From Candidatus Binatia bacterium (GTDB taxonomy: Bacteria > Desulfobacterota > Binatia > UBA9968), in the NCBI GenBank assembly GCA_040877705.1, contig JBBDNJ010000297.1, positions 1 through 56,900 on the forward strand: 56,900 bases of DNA, read 5' to 3'. Numbering within the stretch: the stretch's first letter is position 1; every line of letters begins with the position of its first letter. The notes beneath the pieces are model-generated. The model saw nothing but the letters and a program-made list of their open reading frames with translations. It did no database searches and had not been told where the DNA came from. A program made the position numbers and the translations under genes. Shown piece by piece: positions 55,025 through 56,900 of this stretch.

Positions 55025-56900
55025 GTTTCAAAGATCGTCCCGATGAAGAGGGAACTGAAAGATAACCAGCTTACCGAGCGCAGTCAGCCCTAAGGGTTTC
55101 AAAGATCGTCCCGATGAAGAGGGAACTGAAAGCACGAGTGACTCCATTTTGCCGCCACGGTATTTTTTGTTTCAAAGATCGTCCCGATGAAGAGGGAACT
55201 GAAAGATCGAAGAGGACCTTCAGGTTGACTTAGGCCTTGGTTTCAAAGATCGTCCCGATGAAGAGGGAACTGAAAGGTTCCAAGCGTCTCATGAGTTCGC
55301 GAGCCTCGCGCGTTTCAAAGATCGTCCCGATGAAGAGGGAACTGAAAGGCTCGCCGCCCAGCGCGCCCGGCGTGCCCTCGGTGGGTTTCAAAGATCGTCC
55401 CGATGAAGAGGGAACTGAAAGTAGCCAAGATCCCGCGCGTCCTGCGACTTTCGCCGCGTTTCAAAGATCGTCCCGATGAAGAGGGAACTGAAAGTCCATG
55501 CGCCAGTCGATTTCCATGAACGCGCAACCCTGTTTCAAAGATCGTCCCGATGAAGAGGGAACTGAAAGTAGAGTACGACGCGCCGGTGTCGACCAGTACC
55601 TTGGTTTCAAAGATCGTCCCGATGAAGAGGGAACTGAAAGTGATCAAGCAGTGCTTCGCGCTGCAGGCGCGGTTTCGTTTCAAAGATCGTCCCGATGAAG
55701 AGGGAACTGAAAGGTAGAAGGCGTTGTGATGGAATGCGCTCCCGCTGTGTTTCAAAGATCGTCCCGATGAAGAGGGAACTGAAAGTTCGGCAAAGTGCCG
55801 AGCTCGGCTTCGATCTTTTGTTTCAAAGATCGTCCCGATGAAGAGGGAACTGAAAGGAGGACGTCGAGACCCGCTACGACAACGCAATTGCGTTTCAAAG
55901 ATCGTCCCGATGAAGAGGGAACTGAAAGTGAAGAGCTTAGCGGCCAAGGAGGCGAGCGCGAACCGTTTCAAAGATCGTCCCGATGAAGAGGGAACTGAAA
56001 GTCGGAGAAGAGCGATCGGATGGTGGAACGCTCTTTACGGTTTCAAAGATCGTCCCGATGAAGAGGGAACTGAAAGAACGAAATGCCGGATGAGATAACG
56101 AAGGAGTACGAGTTTCAAAGATCGTCCCGATGAAGAGGGAACTGAAAGACTTTAAGTCCACATGTATCCCGAAGGCGTCGCTGGTTTCAAAGATCGTCCC
56201 GATGAAGAGGGAACTGAAAGAACAACTGGTGAGAATCAGCGCGCTGAAACAACTGGTTTCAAAGATCGTCCCGATGAAGAGGGAACTGAAAGCGTCGATC
56301 GCTTCCTGGAGTCCTTCGGTTACCGAGGTTTCAAAGATCGTCCCGATGAAGAGGGAACTGAAAGAGCCATTCTGCGCTTCGGAGAATGTAACCGTTACGG
56401 TTTCAAAGATCGTCCCGATGAAGAGGGAACTGAAAGCATTAGTTGAGTCAGGTAGACCTGCAGAATGGCATGTTTCAAAGATCGTCCCGATGAAGAGGGA
56501 ACTGAAAGAATAATAACCAATCGGCGCTGACATTTAACTTCTGGCGTTTCAAAGATCGTCCCGATGAAGAGGGAACTGAAAGGAAAATCCTACTGGGGAA
56601 TCCGGGTTGGTAATGATCTGTTTCAAAGATCGTCCCGATGAAGAGGGAACTGAAAGTTTCGAGACTTTGCATAACTCGGATCGCGTTCATGAGGTTTCAA
56701 AGATCGTCCCGATGAAGAGGGAACTGAAAGGTCGCGTTCCATGACAAAAGCTTATTAGCCTCGGGAGTTTCAAAGATCGTCCCGATGAAGAGGGAACTGA
56801 AAGTGGGAAGACCAGTCATGAACCGGTGATTGCCTAAATTCGTTTCAAAGATCGTCCCGATGAAGAGGGAACTGAAAGACAGGTACATGGCTTCAGCGTC
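55025..56900 (+). CRISPR. CRISPR array: 26 identical 37-nt repeats GTTTCAAAGATCGTCCCGATGAAGAGGGAACTGAAAG, 25 complete spacers of 34-38 nt plus a partial one, truncated by the window end
   Basis: Repeat starts were read directly at 55025, 55096, 55169, 55240, 55312, 55385, 55458, 55532, 55604, 55677, 55749, 55820, 55892, 55965, 56040, 56112, 56184, 56256, 56328, 56400, 56472, 56546, 56620, 56694, 56767 and 56842. The 37-nt length and the ...GGGAACTGAAAG 3' end resemble known type I-D repeats (…GGGACTGAAAC). Confidence 0.98.

Noticed and set aside
55237-56888. Many ORFs on both strands across 55.2-56.9 kb, for example 55315-55971 (-) and 55937-56533 (-), with recurring peptides such as FKDRPDEEGTES and SSLFIGTIFET.
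   Set aside because: They are translations of the 37-nt CRISPR repeat read in different frames. The periodic identical peptide blocks follow the roughly 72-nt repeat-spacer period.

They are not genes.
1-56900. Search for tRNA, rRNA, tmRNA or obvious riboswitch-like structures, and for transposase or integrase genes that would define a mobile element carrying the island.
   Set aside because: - I saw no cloverleaf-like or rRNA-like segments.
- No ORF has DDE transposase, tyrosine recombinase or serine recombinase motifs.
- A by-eye scan can miss small RNAs, so tRNAscan/Infernal would be needed for certainty.

Overview
The window has two parts. No rRNA or tRNA genes were seen.

**Bases 1 to about 32,900: housekeeping and transport genes.** GC content is moderately high here.
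- A TCA-cycle cluster (fumC, a 2Fe-2S ferredoxin, sdhA, sdhB), a uracil-DNA glycosylase, a large FAD/Fe-S oxidase and a ComEA-like protein.
- A tripartite tricarboxylate transporter operon with five tandem TctC-type binding-protein paralogs, one of them frameshifted.
- A patchwork of amidohydrolases, orphan solute-binding proteins and several gene fragments or frameshifted genes.

**Bases about 32,900 to 56,900: an accessory/defence island.**
- It opens with repeat-rich intergenic DNA, a pRiA4b-ORF3-like gene, a WYL-domain regulator, a Zn-ribbon ORF plus a Fic protein, and a CARF-like Cas_NE0113-family protein.
- The main feature is a CRISPR-Cas locus that I read as type I-D-like. It has a Cas10d-like large subunit carrying an HD domain, Csc2/Cas7d, Csc1/Cas5d and an HD-less Cas3' helicase.
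- These are followed by Cas6, Cas1, Cas2, Cas4 and an array of 37-nt repeats.
- The array has at least 26 identical repeats and runs off the end of the window.

**Main finding.** Two non-Cas effector-type genes sit inside the tightly packed interference operon.
- A 766-aa SIR2-like (NADase-type) protein with a long helical-repeat tail lies between cas7d and cas5d.
- A 300-aa protein with a C-terminal HEPN-type RNLGAH motif lies between cas5d and cas3'.
- I do not recognise this arrangement as a described CRISPR-Cas variant.

**Other observations in the island.**
- A small toxin-antitoxin-type gene cluster splits the interference module from the adaptation module.
- A 38-nt promoter-like element occurs twice, upstream of the Zn-ribbon/Fic operon and upstream of the CARF gene.

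**Limits.** All family assignments come from reading motifs in the translated ORFs. No database search was run. The organism is unknown; the gene content and the TctC expansion suggest an uncultivated soil or sediment bacterium, but this is a guess.
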